Positions 17,652-26,993 of a stretch of DNA of 64,000 nucleotides are shown one piece after another (positions within the stretch are counted from its first letter, which is position 1; every line of letters starts with the position of its first letter). The stretch covers positions 124,001 to 188,000 of IMG/VR virus record IMGVR_UViG_3300036770_007495. One strand, 5' to 3'. The translations under genes were made by a program, and so were the position numbers. The notes beneath the pieces were generated by a model, which was given only the letters and a program-made list of their open reading frames with translations, was not told where the DNA came from and did not search any database.

Positions 17652-18974
17652 ATGAATTTAGACTTGGATTGGATGGAAAAAGTAGTGACATACAAGTCAC
17701 TGGTGGATGAAGAATATTTGCTAACAATCATTGATCATGTAAAGCCAGAGTATTTCACAGACAAGAATCTGCAGGTTGTGTTTGATGTAGTATGCAATTT
17801 CTACAACAAACGCAAAGCATTGCCTACCAACTCTGAAATCAGAGCATATCTTGATACAGATGAAAAACGAGAGAGCTTCAAGAAAGCACTCAACATCATT
17901 TCAACTGTTGACAAGAATCTCAACAGAGATGAATTGTATGACAATACAGAGCGCTTTTTAAAAGAACGCGGCATTTATCAGACCATGATGTCTGTTGCCA
18001 AAGATGTTGGCAGTGGCAACATTGATACCAGTAAAATTCTGGATCAGTTTGAAAAATCATGCACTGTTACTTTGGTGCATGACATTGGATTGGATCTGCT
18101 CACAAATTTTGATCGAGTAGTTCAAGATCTCAAGCGAGTTGATCCTACAATTTCAACTGGATACAAATGGCTTGATGAAAAGCTTGGTGGGGGTTTCATG
18201 CAAGATGGAAGAGCCATGTATGTGTTTGCTGGTGAGACCAACATTGGCAAAAGCATCATTCTAGGCAATTTTGCAGTCAACATTGCCAAGCAAAAGAAAA
18301 CTGTGCTGGTAATTTCTCTTGAAATGTCAGAGATGGTTTATGCTAAACGTCTAACAGCTCAAATTGCAAAAACACCAACTGGCAAACTTGCCGATGATGT
18401 TGAAGTTGTTGAAGCAAAAATGCACAACTTCAAAGATGCGACTGGCGGCAGAATCATCATCAAAGAGTTTCCGCCAAGCTGCATGTCTCCAAGAGACATT
18501 CAAGGTTACATCACCAAAGTTATCAAGAAAGGTATTCACATTGATGCAATTGTTCTAGACTACATCAACTTGCTTACAACCACACGAGGCAAAGATTCAT
18601 ATGAACGCATCAAATACATCAGTGAAGAAACTCGTGCACTGACATACATCTTCAAATGCCCCATCATCACTGTTACTCAGCTCAACAGAACAGGTTACTC
18701 TGTGAGTGAACCAGGACTGACATCATTGAGTGAGAGTTATGCTCTTGGTGCAACTGCTGACTTCATTGCCAGTGCATGGCAAGGTGAAGGTGACAATGAA
18801 GCAGGCATTTTGAGACAATCCATTCTTAAAAATCGCTTTGGTCGTAATCTCGGAACCAATGCATTCAAGATTGATTATTCAACACTCACCATCTCTGAAG
18901 ATCAAGCGCTCAACAACATGACTCAAGATTCTGAAGATGTAGCCAAGGCACTCAGCATCTTAACACAAGGTTGA
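17652..18974 (+). CDS. 41: gp41 DnaB-family replicative helicase
   Basis: GETNIGKS, SLEMSE, IIKEFP, LDYINL, TQLNR, KNRFG. Confidence 0.95.
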   Translation: MNLDLDWMEKVVTYKSLVDEEYLLTIIDHVKPEYFTDKNLQVVFDVVCNFYNKRKALPTNSEIRAYLDTDEKRESFKKALNIISTVDKNLNRDELYDNTERFLKERGIYQTMMSVAKDVGSGNIDTSKILDQFEKSCTVTLVHDIGLDLLTNFDRVVQDLKRVDPTISTGYKWLDEKLGGGFMQDGRAMYVFAGETNIGKSIILGNFAVNIAKQKKTVLVISLEMSEMVYAKRLTAQIAKTPTGKLADDVEVVEAKMHNFKDATGGRIIIKEFPPSCMSPRDIQGYITKVIKKGIHIDAIVLDYINLLTTTRGKDSYERIKYISEETRALTYIFKCPIITVTQLNRTGYSVSEPGLTSLSESYALGATADFIASAWQGEGDNEAGILRQSILKNRFGRNLGTNAFKIDYSTLTISEDQALNNMTQDSEDVAKALSILTQG

Positions 18975-19002
18975 TTTTTATCAAAATCATGTAAATACCC
19001 AG

Positions 19003-19896
19003 ATGTCAAAGCAAAAAATAGTTGTTTGGTCTGATGTAGATCTTGATGGCGCCATGTGCCAGCTCATGTTGCGATGGCTGCATGGAGCGGAAAACATTGA
19101 GATGCGCATTTGCAATGTGGCGCGTCTGCGTGAGGAGTTGCTCAAATGGTTGATGACTCACAAATTCGCTGATTACAATCAAGTAGTTTTTGCTGATCTT
19201 GATACCACACATGTGGCAGATTTGATTGATGTAGCAAATGTTACCATTTACGATCACCACAGTTCACATGCAGCAAACATCTATACCAAAGCCAAGACCA
19301 ACATCATTGCATGCAAATCTGCTGCAGAAGTAATTTACAGATGCAACAAAGAAGCATTCAGCAAATGCTTGACAGCAGAGAAGATGAAACTGCTGTTGCT
19401 AGTGAGCGATTTTGATAGTTACACTCTTGAACTCAAAGACTCTAAAAATTTGAGCATTGTATTTTGGAGTCAAACAGGCAACAGAGTGGAGCAGTTCTGC
19501 AAAGACTTTGCCAATGGTTTCAAAGGTTTTACACAGCTGCAGCACAATGCCATTGTTTTGTATGGCAAAAAACTGCAAGACATTTTGAGCAACTTGCAGC
19601 TGTTTGTAGGAAGCATCAAAGAAAACAAAGTCATTAGCTGTTTTTGTGATACCGCCCACAATGATGTTGCAACTCACATCATTAATACTCACAAAGCTGA
19701 TGTTGTGATGCTTGTGAATCCCAAAACTCAAACTGTATCTTTTCGCAAACATGATGATTGCAAAATTAATCTTGCAGAATTAGCTGCCAAACTTTGTGAA
19801 AATGGCGGTGGTCATGAAGATGCTGCTGGTGGCAAAATTTCCGAAAATTTCCTTCTGTTTACCAAAACTTTGACACCATATGAACTTAGCGAGTGA
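19003..19896 (+). CDS. DHH/DHHA1 phosphoesterase
   Basis: DxDLDG, DHH, SFR and GGGH..AAG motifs; TTGATT-N15-TAAATA upstream. Confidence 0.88.
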   Translation: MSKQKIVVWSDVDLDGAMCQLMLRWLHGAENIEMRICNVARLREELLKWLMTHKFADYNQVVFADLDTTHVADLIDVANVTIYDHHSSHAANIYTKAKTNIIACKSAAEVIYRCNKEAFSKCLTAEKMKLLLLVSDFDSYTLELKDSKNLSIVFWSQTGNRVEQFCKDFANGFKGFTQLQHNAIVLYGKKLQDILSNLQLFVGSIKENKVISCFCDTAHNDVATHIINTHKADVVMLVNPKTQTVSFRKHDDCKINLAELAAKLCENGGGHEDAAGGKISENFLLFTKTLTPYELSE

Positions 19897-20146
19897 ATTT
19901 GAACAAGAGTATAACATGCTCGCATTTTGTAGCTTTCTTACCATCATTCATGGCAAGAAACTCAATCTGCCCAACATCTTTTTGTTGTTGCTGAAGAACA
20001 AAAAATACAGAGAACTGTTCAAAACCATGCTTGATTTGGAATGCGATTACCAAATATTCAAGATGTTCATTGATTACGATCCTACACTTTACAAAAGCAA
20101 ATACATTTCAAAATACCTCAACAAAACCAAAGATGCACTTAAGTGA
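19880..20146 (+). CDS. Hypothetical protein (sits where T4 has gp33)
   Basis: 88-aa ORF overlapping both neighbours; the gp33 link is positional only. Confidence 0.55.
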   Translation: MNLASEFEQEYNMLAFCSFLTIIHGKKLNLPNIFLLLLKNKKYRELFKTMLDLECDYQIFKMFIDYDPTLYKSKYISKYLNKTKDALK

Positions 20147-20783
20147 GTTTGAGAAACGCATTTACAACGAATATCTAAAAGCACTTCGCAGAGGCAAGCC
20201 ATACAGCACAAGAAAAAATTTCGACAAGGTAGATGATGAGACGTTTGTTTGCTTGAAGCAACTGTCGCAGTTTTTTCTTTCTTTTCCGCACATCAGAATA
20301 GATGCTTTTTTTGATGCAGGATTCAAAGATGCAGAATATCAGCCCTTGTCTTTTTTCAAGAGCATGCGAGCCATCAAACTGTATAATGTTTACATGAATG
20401 ATAAGCTCAACAAAGCAGATGATGAATGGGTGCTGAGTTTTGTCAAAGAGTCTTTGCAATTTGTGTATAAATTCTGCAAAGACAACAACATCAACATAGA
20501 TGAATACATTGACAGTGAATCACCTAGCGGTGTACCTTGGTATGCAATTCATCTGAAAGAATTTAAGGTATGCATATATTTGTTACTTGCATTTCCAATG
20601 TTTGAGAATAAATTAATGCAGCATAGTGATGAGATTGAATTGATTCTTGGTAAAGAATTTATCCAGAATTTTGCCCGTCACAGAACTATGTTTGTCACGT
20701 CCAACAAATGCAAAAAAATTGCACGAGCTGGCCTTGACATCTTAAAAACAGAAACCAAACTAAAACAAACCAAACCTAACTAA
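20133..20783 (+). CDS. Hypothetical protein, candidate gp59 helicase loader
   Basis: 216 aa, helical and basic, directly upstream of gp32 as gene 59 is in T4; no diagnostic motif recognised. Confidence 0.5.
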   Translation: MHLSEFEKRIYNEYLKALRRGKPYSTRKNFDKVDDETFVCLKQLSQFFLSFPHIRIDAFFDAGFKDAEYQPLSFFKSMRAIKLYNVYMNDKLNKADDEWVLSFVKESLQFVYKFCKDNNINIDEYIDSESPSGVPWYAIHLKEFKVCIYLLLAFPMFENKLMQHSDEIELILGKEFIQNFARHRTMFVTSNKCKKIARAGLDILKTETKLKQTKPN

Positions 20784-20791
20784 ACTAACCA
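20752..20791 (+). promoter_or_regulatory. G-free A/C-rich leader of gp32, candidate translational autoregulation operator
   Basis: 40 nt without G, built from AAAC/TAAC units, ending at the gp32 ATG. Confidence 0.55.
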
Positions 20792-21646
20792 ATGAAATAC
20801 AGCACCAACATGTTTGATAGCATCAGAGATGCTCTCAACAACCAACAACAGAAACAAAACACTGGCACACGTGACATTCTTACTCTTGAAAAGGGTAATA
20901 CTTATGTGGTGCGCCTTCTGCCTAACATCAAGGATCCAGACAAGACCTGGTTCAAGTATTCCACCTTTGGATGGAACAGCTTTGCAACTGGTGCATATGT
21001 CAGCGCCATTTCTCCAACCAGTTGGAATGAGCGTGATCCCATTGCTGAAGAACGCGTTCGCATCTACCGCAATGGATCTGAGGCAGACAAGGAGAAGATC
21101 AAGAACATTCGCCGCAGTGATCGTTGGATCATGAATGCTTATGTTGTCTCTGATCCAACCAACCCAGACAACAATGGCAAGGTGAAGCTCATTCGCTTTG
21201 GCAAGCAGCTCTTCAACATCATCAACAACGCAATCAGCGGTGAAGATGCAGATGAGTTTGGTGCCAAGATCTTTGACCTCACTTCTGCAGGTGTCAACCT
21301 CAAGATCAAGGTTGATGATCAGGGCGGTTTTGCAAACTACACTGCAAGCCGTTTCACCAGCCCAGCTGATTTGAAGCTCACCGAAGATCAGATTGAAAGC
21401 ATCTACAATTCCGTCAAGGAACTTGACAAGGTGTTCACAATTCGCTCTTATGATGATCTCAAAAAGCTGTTGGATGATCATTACCACTGTCAGGCTTCTG
21501 CTCCTGCTGCAGCTCATGTGCCTGCCAAGGCACCAATCAGCCATGCAGAGCAGTTCACACCAAGTGAAACTACTTCTGAAACCTCTTATGTTGATGAAGA
21601 GGATGACGAAGAAAAAATGCGTAAACTCATCAACGACCTCGGCTAA
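20792..21646 (+). CDS. 32: gp32 single-stranded DNA-binding protein
   Basis: VRLLP, N.YVVSDP.NPDNNGKVK..RFGK.L, FD...G.NLKIK, ANY..SRF; acidic C-terminal tail. Confidence 0.9.
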   Translation: MKYSTNMFDSIRDALNNQQQKQNTGTRDILTLEKGNTYVVRLLPNIKDPDKTWFKYSTFGWNSFATGAYVSAISPTSWNERDPIAEERVRIYRNGSEADKEKIKNIRRSDRWIMNAYVVSDPTNPDNNGKVKLIRFGKQLFNIINNAISGEDADEFGAKIFDLTSAGVNLKIKVDDQGGFANYTASRFTSPADLKLTEDQIESIYNSVKELDKVFTIRSYDDLKKLLDDHYHCQASAPAAAHVPAKAPISHAEQFTPSETTSETSYVDEEDDEEKMRKLINDLG

Positions 21647-21648
21647 TT

Positions 21649-22245
21649 ATGGACGACAGATCTGCAATTCTCAATTTCGTAGGCCAAATGTATGGCCAAA
21701 TGAAGGAAATCGATTCTAACATTGCTGCTGCTGGCAGTAATGCAAAATTCGGTGGACGAAGTGCAGAAATCAAAAAGGTGTTTGAGGAGGTTGCAGTAAA
21801 TCTGCAACCTCCCGCACCAACTACTGTTGCACCACAAATGATGCAGCAGCCTGTGTTTATACCTGCTCCAATGCCTGCACCTGCTTTGATGCCGGTGCCG
21901 CAACCAGCAGCTGCACAGGAGACACAAGAAGAGCAATTGGAGCTCAAATTTTCATCTTCAGACAAAGATGTTCTCAACAGCATTTACAATGTGCTGTTTG
22001 ACATCAAGAAGCTCTTGTCTGAAGCCATTGATTTGCAAAAGCAGCAACTACAAATGCCTGCAGTTAAGAAGGAAAAGAAAGCATCAACATTAGCTTCATG
22101 CTGTCTATGCGGTGGAGCAGCCAAAGGCAAGAAAGTGAATGAAAAGCTCTACACTGTAACTTGTGAAAGCTGCAAAAATTCAGAAGATGGCGTCAATGAA
22201 TCTGTTGCAAAAGTAGCCTGGAATAACAAAAACAAGCAATTATAG
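21649..22245 (+). CDS. Hypothetical protein with Pro-rich linker and C-terminal Lar-like Zn ribbon
   Basis: CCLCGG...VTCESC...A..AWN. Confidence 0.65.
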   Translation: MDDRSAILNFVGQMYGQMKEIDSNIAAAGSNAKFGGRSAEIKKVFEEVAVNLQPPAPTTVAPQMMQQPVFIPAPMPAPALMPVPQPAAAQETQEEQLELKFSSSDKDVLNSIYNVLFDIKKLLSEAIDLQKQQLQMPAVKKEKKASTLASCCLCGGAAKGKKVNEKLYTVTCESCKNSEDGVNESVAKVAWNNKNKQL

Positions 22246-22251
22246 TTCTAA

Positions 22252-22968
22252 ATGAACCAAATTTGTGTAGATAAGAAAGACTTCTCATCTTTTGTCAAAA
22301 GTCTCGTTAAAATCAACGACTCAGCAATTTTTGCAGTCAGAGAAAATCAAATCACGTGCCTCATTGGATCACCAGACAATGTAACCATTGCATACGGAAC
22401 CTTCAAGTGTGGTACTTCATATGAAGGATGCATCAACATTTCAAGCTTGGTGAAGTTGGGCAAAGCCATTGACCAGATTGGTGAAAATACACCACAACTC
22501 ACTGTCAATGCAAACAATCTTGAATACAAGTCACCTTCTTTGCGATTCAAGTATCATTTGTTGGATCATGGCATCATCAATCAGCCAGCCATCAATGTAA
22601 AGAAAATCAATGAATTTATATTCAACATTGAATTTAGACTTGCTTCTAGCAAGCTCATTGATTTGAGCAAATTCAGTGCATTCAGCACTGACAGCAACAA
22701 AGTGTATTTGTCTTGTGATGGGGAGTCAGTGTTTGCTAACCTGACAGATAGAGCACGCTCCAATGTGGATAACATTGAGTTTGAATTTGCAAAATGTTCA
22801 ACTCCTTTTGATGCTATGCCATTCAATTTGGACTTTTTCCGCAGTCTCAGCTACACAAATGAGAGCAACATCAATGTCAGCATCAATTCTACAAAGCCAG
22901 TTATTGCCATTGATATAGAAAATGAGCGGTATAAATTAAAGTACATCACATCAGCATTTACGTCATGA
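22252..22968 (+). CDS. 45: Sliding clamp gp45-like
   Basis: 238 aa with two alpha/beta repeats, L.KIN near the N-terminus, FKY..LD..I..P interdomain segment; replication context. Confidence 0.65.
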   Translation: MNQICVDKKDFSSFVKSLVKINDSAIFAVRENQITCLIGSPDNVTIAYGTFKCGTSYEGCINISSLVKLGKAIDQIGENTPQLTVNANNLEYKSPSLRFKYHLLDHGIINQPAINVKKINEFIFNIEFRLASSKLIDLSKFSAFSTDSNKVYLSCDGESVFANLTDRARSNVDNIEFEFAKCSTPFDAMPFNLDFFRSLSYTNESNINVSINSTKPVIAIDIENERYKLKYITSAFTS

Positions 22969-23312
22969 GAAAACAACGCAACAAAATTAGTACACCGAGC
23001 TACTTCATCAAGAGACTCAAAGACAACAAGTTCGTTACTTTTAGGATCTTCAATGATTATGCTCCAAGTGATCCACGTCGTTGGACCATTTTGGTAGAGC
23101 CAGGAATTTACAGCGTCTTCATTACGTGTTATGAGAACAAAGAGTTTGCCAATGACATCATGTTTGAATTCAATGATGGCGGCCTTTTGTTTCCTAAAAA
23201 TTTCAGCCTCAAAACTGATTCAATTGAAGTGGTGATCACACATCTCATTAGCAAAGGTGTTAACCCTAGTGCATCAACTTCCATCCATGAAAAAAGACAA
23301 CAACAGCAGTGA
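22965..23312 (+). CDS. Hypothetical protein
   Basis: ATGA overlap with the clamp-like gene; 115 aa. Confidence 0.7.
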   Translation: MRKQRNKISTPSYFIKRLKDNKFVTFRIFNDYAPSDPRRWTILVEPGIYSVFITCYENKEFANDIMFEFNDGGLLFPKNFSLKTDSIEVVITHLISKGVNPSASTSIHEKRQQQQ

Positions 23313-23652
23313 GTTTGTAAATCTTTCTGGTAATTCAGACAACAAAAAGCCTCGCAAAAAGCAGATCAAAGTAACATCTGGTGAGCAGAAGCTTTTGAAT
23401 GCACTCATCAAAGATGCTCTGTTGCAAAATGTAACTGTCAACAAAGAGCGCATGTACAAGGAACAATGTGCTCAAGCAGTCATTGCTGTGCTGAGTGAGT
23501 TCTTGGCAAGTTACATGGTCATTGGTTATGACTTTGAAGGCACCCCCATTCGCATTGTATCAGCCAAAACAGGCATGGATGCTGATGCACTTGCTCAAGC
23601 AATTCAACGATACATAATGACGTCTCATTTAGGCAATGATTTCAATTCTTGA
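23287..23652 (+). CDS. Hypothetical protein
   Basis: ATG 23287; overlaps both neighbours in the operon. Confidence 0.65.
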   Translation: MKKDNNSSEFVNLSGNSDNKKPRKKQIKVTSGEQKLLNALIKDALLQNVTVNKERMYKEQCAQAVIAVLSEFLASYMVIGYDFEGTPIRIVSAKTGMDADALAQAIQRYIMTSHLGNDFNS

Positions 23653-23914
23653 AAAATGGCTAAAACATGAACATCACAGAAAAATTTTTGCTGTTACCAA
23701 AGGCACGTTTTTAGGTGAAATGTTGGTGTTCATAAAAGAGGAGGGAAGCAATTTTTGCTTCCTTTCTCTCCCTTCTTGTACAAACAGAAAAATACCCAAA
23801 GAAAAATTTGACTTTGGAATAGAAAATGGTATATTGGACTTTGTTGAGAAATCTCCAAGAGATGTCTACAAAGTAACAGTCAAACAATACCAAAAAAATG
23901 AATCTAATCATTGA
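23636..23914 (+). CDS. Hypothetical protein
   Basis: 92-aa ORF filling the gap before rnh. Confidence 0.6.
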   Translation: MISILEKWLKHEHHRKIFAVTKGTFLGEMLVFIKEEGSNFCFLSLPSCTNRKIPKEKFDFGIENGILDFVEKSPRDVYKVTVKQYQKNESNH

Positions 23915-24776
23915 CGCAAGCAACATCATCCACCGCTCTTTTTGGATGGCCAACAAGAATGCAGGTGATGAGCAAAACAATGGAAGCTTGCATGCATACA
24001 TCTTTTTGCGCTCTCTAAAAAGTTATTGCGACAAGTTCAAGCCAGACAATGTATATTGCGTCTGGGATAAGAAGCTTGAACCCAAAGTGCCAAGCTTTCG
24101 CAAAGTCATTGCTGCAGAGACGTATAAAACCAATCGAGATGCAGAAAAGACCAAAAGTGTCTACACAGACTTTGACATCATTGAGCAATTCGTTAGTGCT
24201 CTTGGGTGCTTTAATGTCTACCCCTTTGCACTTGAGGGGGACGATGTTATTGCATATCTCACTAGAAAGATCAAAGAACCCAAGCTAATCATTAGTGCAG
24301 ATCGTGATTTGCTGCAGCTCATTGATGCAACAACGAGCTATTATGATGTAAACAAAAAAGCCATCATCAATTTGAGCAACTTTGAATCCACTTTTGACAT
24401 TGCATTCAATGACTTTGTCAAATACAAATGCCTCATTGGTGATGCTGCTGACAACATTGCCAAAGTGCTCACACCTGCCAAAGCCAAAAAGGTCATCAAA
24501 GGTGATATGCAACTCACCGAAGAACAACAACAGCAGTTTGAGTTCAATTTTAAGCTGACTGATTTGCACAATTCATATGAACACCAGCCCGGTGAACTGG
24601 AAAAAATGGATGAACAATTTGAGCATATGACTCACAATGGCAGCTTCAAGCTGTTTCAAACCATGTGCAGGCAGCATCAAATGAATGACATCATTGCCAA
24701 AGATCAAGATTGGCAGCAAACTTTCTTCGGGCGCAAAAGCCTATTTAACATTGTAAATATGTTCAAAGACGCCTAA
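23898..24776 (+). CDS. rnh: T4 RNase H-like 5'-3' exonuclease
   Basis: IIDASN, WD, FRK....YK.NR, EGDD, SADRDL.QL, GD.ADNI. Confidence 0.92.
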   Translation: MNLIIDASNIIHRSFWMANKNAGDEQNNGSLHAYIFLRSLKSYCDKFKPDNVYCVWDKKLEPKVPSFRKVIAAETYKTNRDAEKTKSVYTDFDIIEQFVSALGCFNVYPFALEGDDVIAYLTRKIKEPKLIISADRDLLQLIDATTSYYDVNKKAIINLSNFESTFDIAFNDFVKYKCLIGDAADNIAKVLTPAKAKKVIKGDMQLTEEQQQQFEFNFKLTDLHNSYEHQPGELEKMDEQFEHMTHNGSFKLFQTMCRQHQMNDIIAKDQDWQQTFFGRKSLFNIVNMFKDA

Positions 24777-24786
24777 ATACATTCAT

Positions 24787-24975
24787 ATGAACTTTGTACG
24801 TCCAGTCAGAATGGTATCTCCATCAGGAGCAATGACCAATCCACGCATTGTAGAGCAGCGCGTGGGAGATAAAATCTATGTTGAAGCACATTGGTATGAT
24901 CCCAACAATGGCACCTTTTTTCACAAAGGTACTGTTGAGATCAAGGATGCCAATCCAGATGCTAACAAACATTAA
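24787..24975 (+). CDS. Small late hypothetical protein
   Basis: TAAATA (built on the rnh TAA stop) 7 nt upstream; 62 aa. Confidence 0.7.
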   Translation: MNFVRPVRMVSPSGAMTNPRIVEQRVGDKIYVEAHWYDPNNGTFFHKGTVEIKDANPDANKH

Positions 24976-24989
24976 ATCTGATATATCAG

Positions 24990-25018
24990 TTGATAAAAGG
25001 TAAAAGAGACATTACATT
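24990..25018 (+). promoter_or_regulatory. Sigma70-like promoter of primase
   Basis: TTGATA-N17-TACATT, 5 nt before ATG 25024. Confidence 0.65.
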
Positions 25019-25023
25019 TGGTA

Positions 25024-26094
25024 ATGCAATTGCCTGAAGCATATGTAGTCAACAAATTCTACCAATTTGCTGGTGCACCAAAATACAACAGGTACACCAA
25101 GACATATCAAGCATCTTGCCCCATTTGCAGAGAAGGCAAAAGTTGGCTCAAAAAGCGCAGATGCTACTACATTCCAAATCGCAACAATGTGTTTTGTCAC
25201 AACTGCGGTTGGAATGGTACAGCATACAAATGGGTCAAAGAAGTAACTGGATTGAGTTACAATGAAATTATGCTGGATAGTCTCAACTATGAGACTTTTG
25301 ATTGCAACAAATCAAACGCAGAAGAGACTGCAGCATTTGAGGTAGCACCAACACTGCCAGGAGATTGCATCAATTTGTTTGATGAGCAGCAAGTCAAGTT
25401 TTACAAAGACAATGACATTGTTGCAAAAGCAGTGCAATACATTGAGCATCGCAAATTGCATCAAGCCATCAACAAGCCAGATGCATTGTATTTGTGCTTT
25501 GATAGAGAACAGAAAACTGGCCACGACAAGCGCATTGTGATTCCATTTGTTGATTGCAACGGCAAAATCATCTTTTATCAATCACGCAGCTTCTTGCAAA
25601 ATCCTGATGATGTGTTGCCAAAATACCTCTCCAAAGCAGGTGGAGACCGATCATTGTTTAACATCAACAAGCTTGATGCTTCTGCTACAACAATGTTTGT
25701 ATTTGAAGGTCCGTTCAATGCATTCTTCTGCAAAAACTCTGTTGCTGTAGGCGGCATTCAAGAACGAAGCATGATGCTGTTCTCCAACAAACAACAAGAA
25801 CAGATTGATGTTTATTGCAAATTCTATGATGTTGTGTGGGTGCTTGATTCACAATGGATTGACAATGCAAGCTACCTCAAAACACAAAAGCTCATTGAAA
25901 TGAAGCAAAAGGTGTTCATTTGGCCCAAATTGATTGGAATGAAATGCAAAGACTTCAATGATGTTTGCATGGCATTAAATGCCAAAGAAATACCCCCTCA
26001 TTTTATTCTCAAGAACACTTATGAGGGGGTACAGGCTCAACTGATGCTGTCAAGCATGCGTCAAAACAACAGCATGCCAATCAGTGCAGCTTAA
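25024..26094 (+). CDS. 61: gp61 DNA primase
   Basis: CPIC...CHNC Zn ribbon, RIVIPF, Q.R, KY, TOPRIM EGP, KD.ND. Confidence 0.92.
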   Translation: MQLPEAYVVNKFYQFAGAPKYNRYTKTYQASCPICREGKSWLKKRRCYYIPNRNNVFCHNCGWNGTAYKWVKEVTGLSYNEIMLDSLNYETFDCNKSNAEETAAFEVAPTLPGDCINLFDEQQVKFYKDNDIVAKAVQYIEHRKLHQAINKPDALYLCFDREQKTGHDKRIVIPFVDCNGKIIFYQSRSFLQNPDDVLPKYLSKAGGDRSLFNINKLDASATTMFVFEGPFNAFFCKNSVAVGGIQERSMMLFSNKQQEQIDVYCKFYDVVWVLDSQWIDNASYLKTQKLIEMKQKVFIWPKLIGMKCKDFNDVCMALNAKEIPPHFILKNTYEGVQAQLMLSSMRQNNSMPISAA

Positions 26095-26546
26095 ACAAAG
26101 CGATATTTTGGCTCATTGCTGGTTGCAAGATAACCCTTGAAGGTTTCTGCAAGAGCAGAGATTTCTTTGGCAACACGAGCAATCTTCTTGGCTTCAGCAG
26201 TGCGCATCTTGTCAAAAATGGTGTCAGGTACAGCTTTCTTGAGCTGCATCTGAATGGAATTGCCATCAGTTCCGTTGAGATAATCAACCATGCCATCCAA
26301 CTGCTCAATCCATCCTTGCAAATTCTTGATCATTTGCATTTCACGCTGAGCGGCATGCTGCAAAATCTGACGATCTTCTGGGCTGATGTCTGAAGCACCG
26401 AGATCAGCAGCATTGCTACCCTCATCTCCTGCTCTAAAATCAGGTTGTGCGGGTGCTGCATTGTCGCTAGCCTGCGCAGGTGTTGGAAGACCTTCATCTT
26501 GCTCCAACAGAGTTGAGAAAACATTGCTGAAAATATTTTGTGACAT
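26091..26546 (-). CDS. Late hypothetical protein, candidate internal head protein
   Basis: TAAATA 5 nt upstream; N-terminus MSQNIFSNVFSTLLE. Confidence 0.75.
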   Translation of the reverse strand: MSQNIFSNVFSTLLEQDEGLPTPAQASDNAAPAQPDFRAGDEGSNAADLGASDISPEDRQILQHAAQREMQMIKNLQGWIEQLDGMVDYLNGTDGNSIQMQLKKAVPDTIFDKMRTAEAKKIARVAKEISALAETFKGYLATSNEPKYRFV

Positions 26547-26551
26547 GTAGT

Positions 26552-26574
26552 TATTTATTGTCTTGCTCTAAATA
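26552..26574. promoter_or_regulatory. Back-to-back divergent late promoters
   Basis: TATTTA 26552-26557 (-) and TAAATA 26569-26574 (+). Confidence 0.75.
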
Positions 26575-26580
26575 TTCACG

Positions 26581-26985
26581 ATGGATAATAACTTTATGAG
26601 CAATCAGCAACGCAGCTTTGGTCCAGGAGCTGCAAACACAACTGGCCCAGGCAAGGGCCGATCAGGTGCTGATGGTGAGGGCAAAATGGAACCATTGATG
26701 AAAGTTGCTCCAGTCAATGGACCAACTGTGCAGAATAAACCAGTTGCAGAGCAATTGCTTCCACATGAACTCAATCAAATGGTTCAAAAGTTTGGATCTC
26801 TCATTTACACCATCAGCAACATTACAGAAGATCTGCGCAAGTCTCTTGACAACCCAAGCTTGAAAGATCACCAGAAAGTTATCATCATTGCTGTGATTAG
26901 AATTCTCAGACCACTTGGCAAAAAGATATTCAATGCAGGCATGAAGCTGCAAGATGCACTCTTGCCATTTGAGAAAAACAAGTAA
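26581..26985 (+). CDS. Late hypothetical protein
   Basis: TAAATA 6 nt upstream; 134 aa. Confidence 0.7.
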   Translation: MDNNFMSNQQRSFGPGAANTTGPGKGRSGADGEGKMEPLMKVAPVNGPTVQNKPVAEQLLPHELNQMVQKFGSLIYTISNITEDLRKSLDNPSLKDHQKVIIIAVIRILRPLGKKIFNAGMKLQDALLPFEKNK

Positions 26986-26993
26986 ATTACTGC

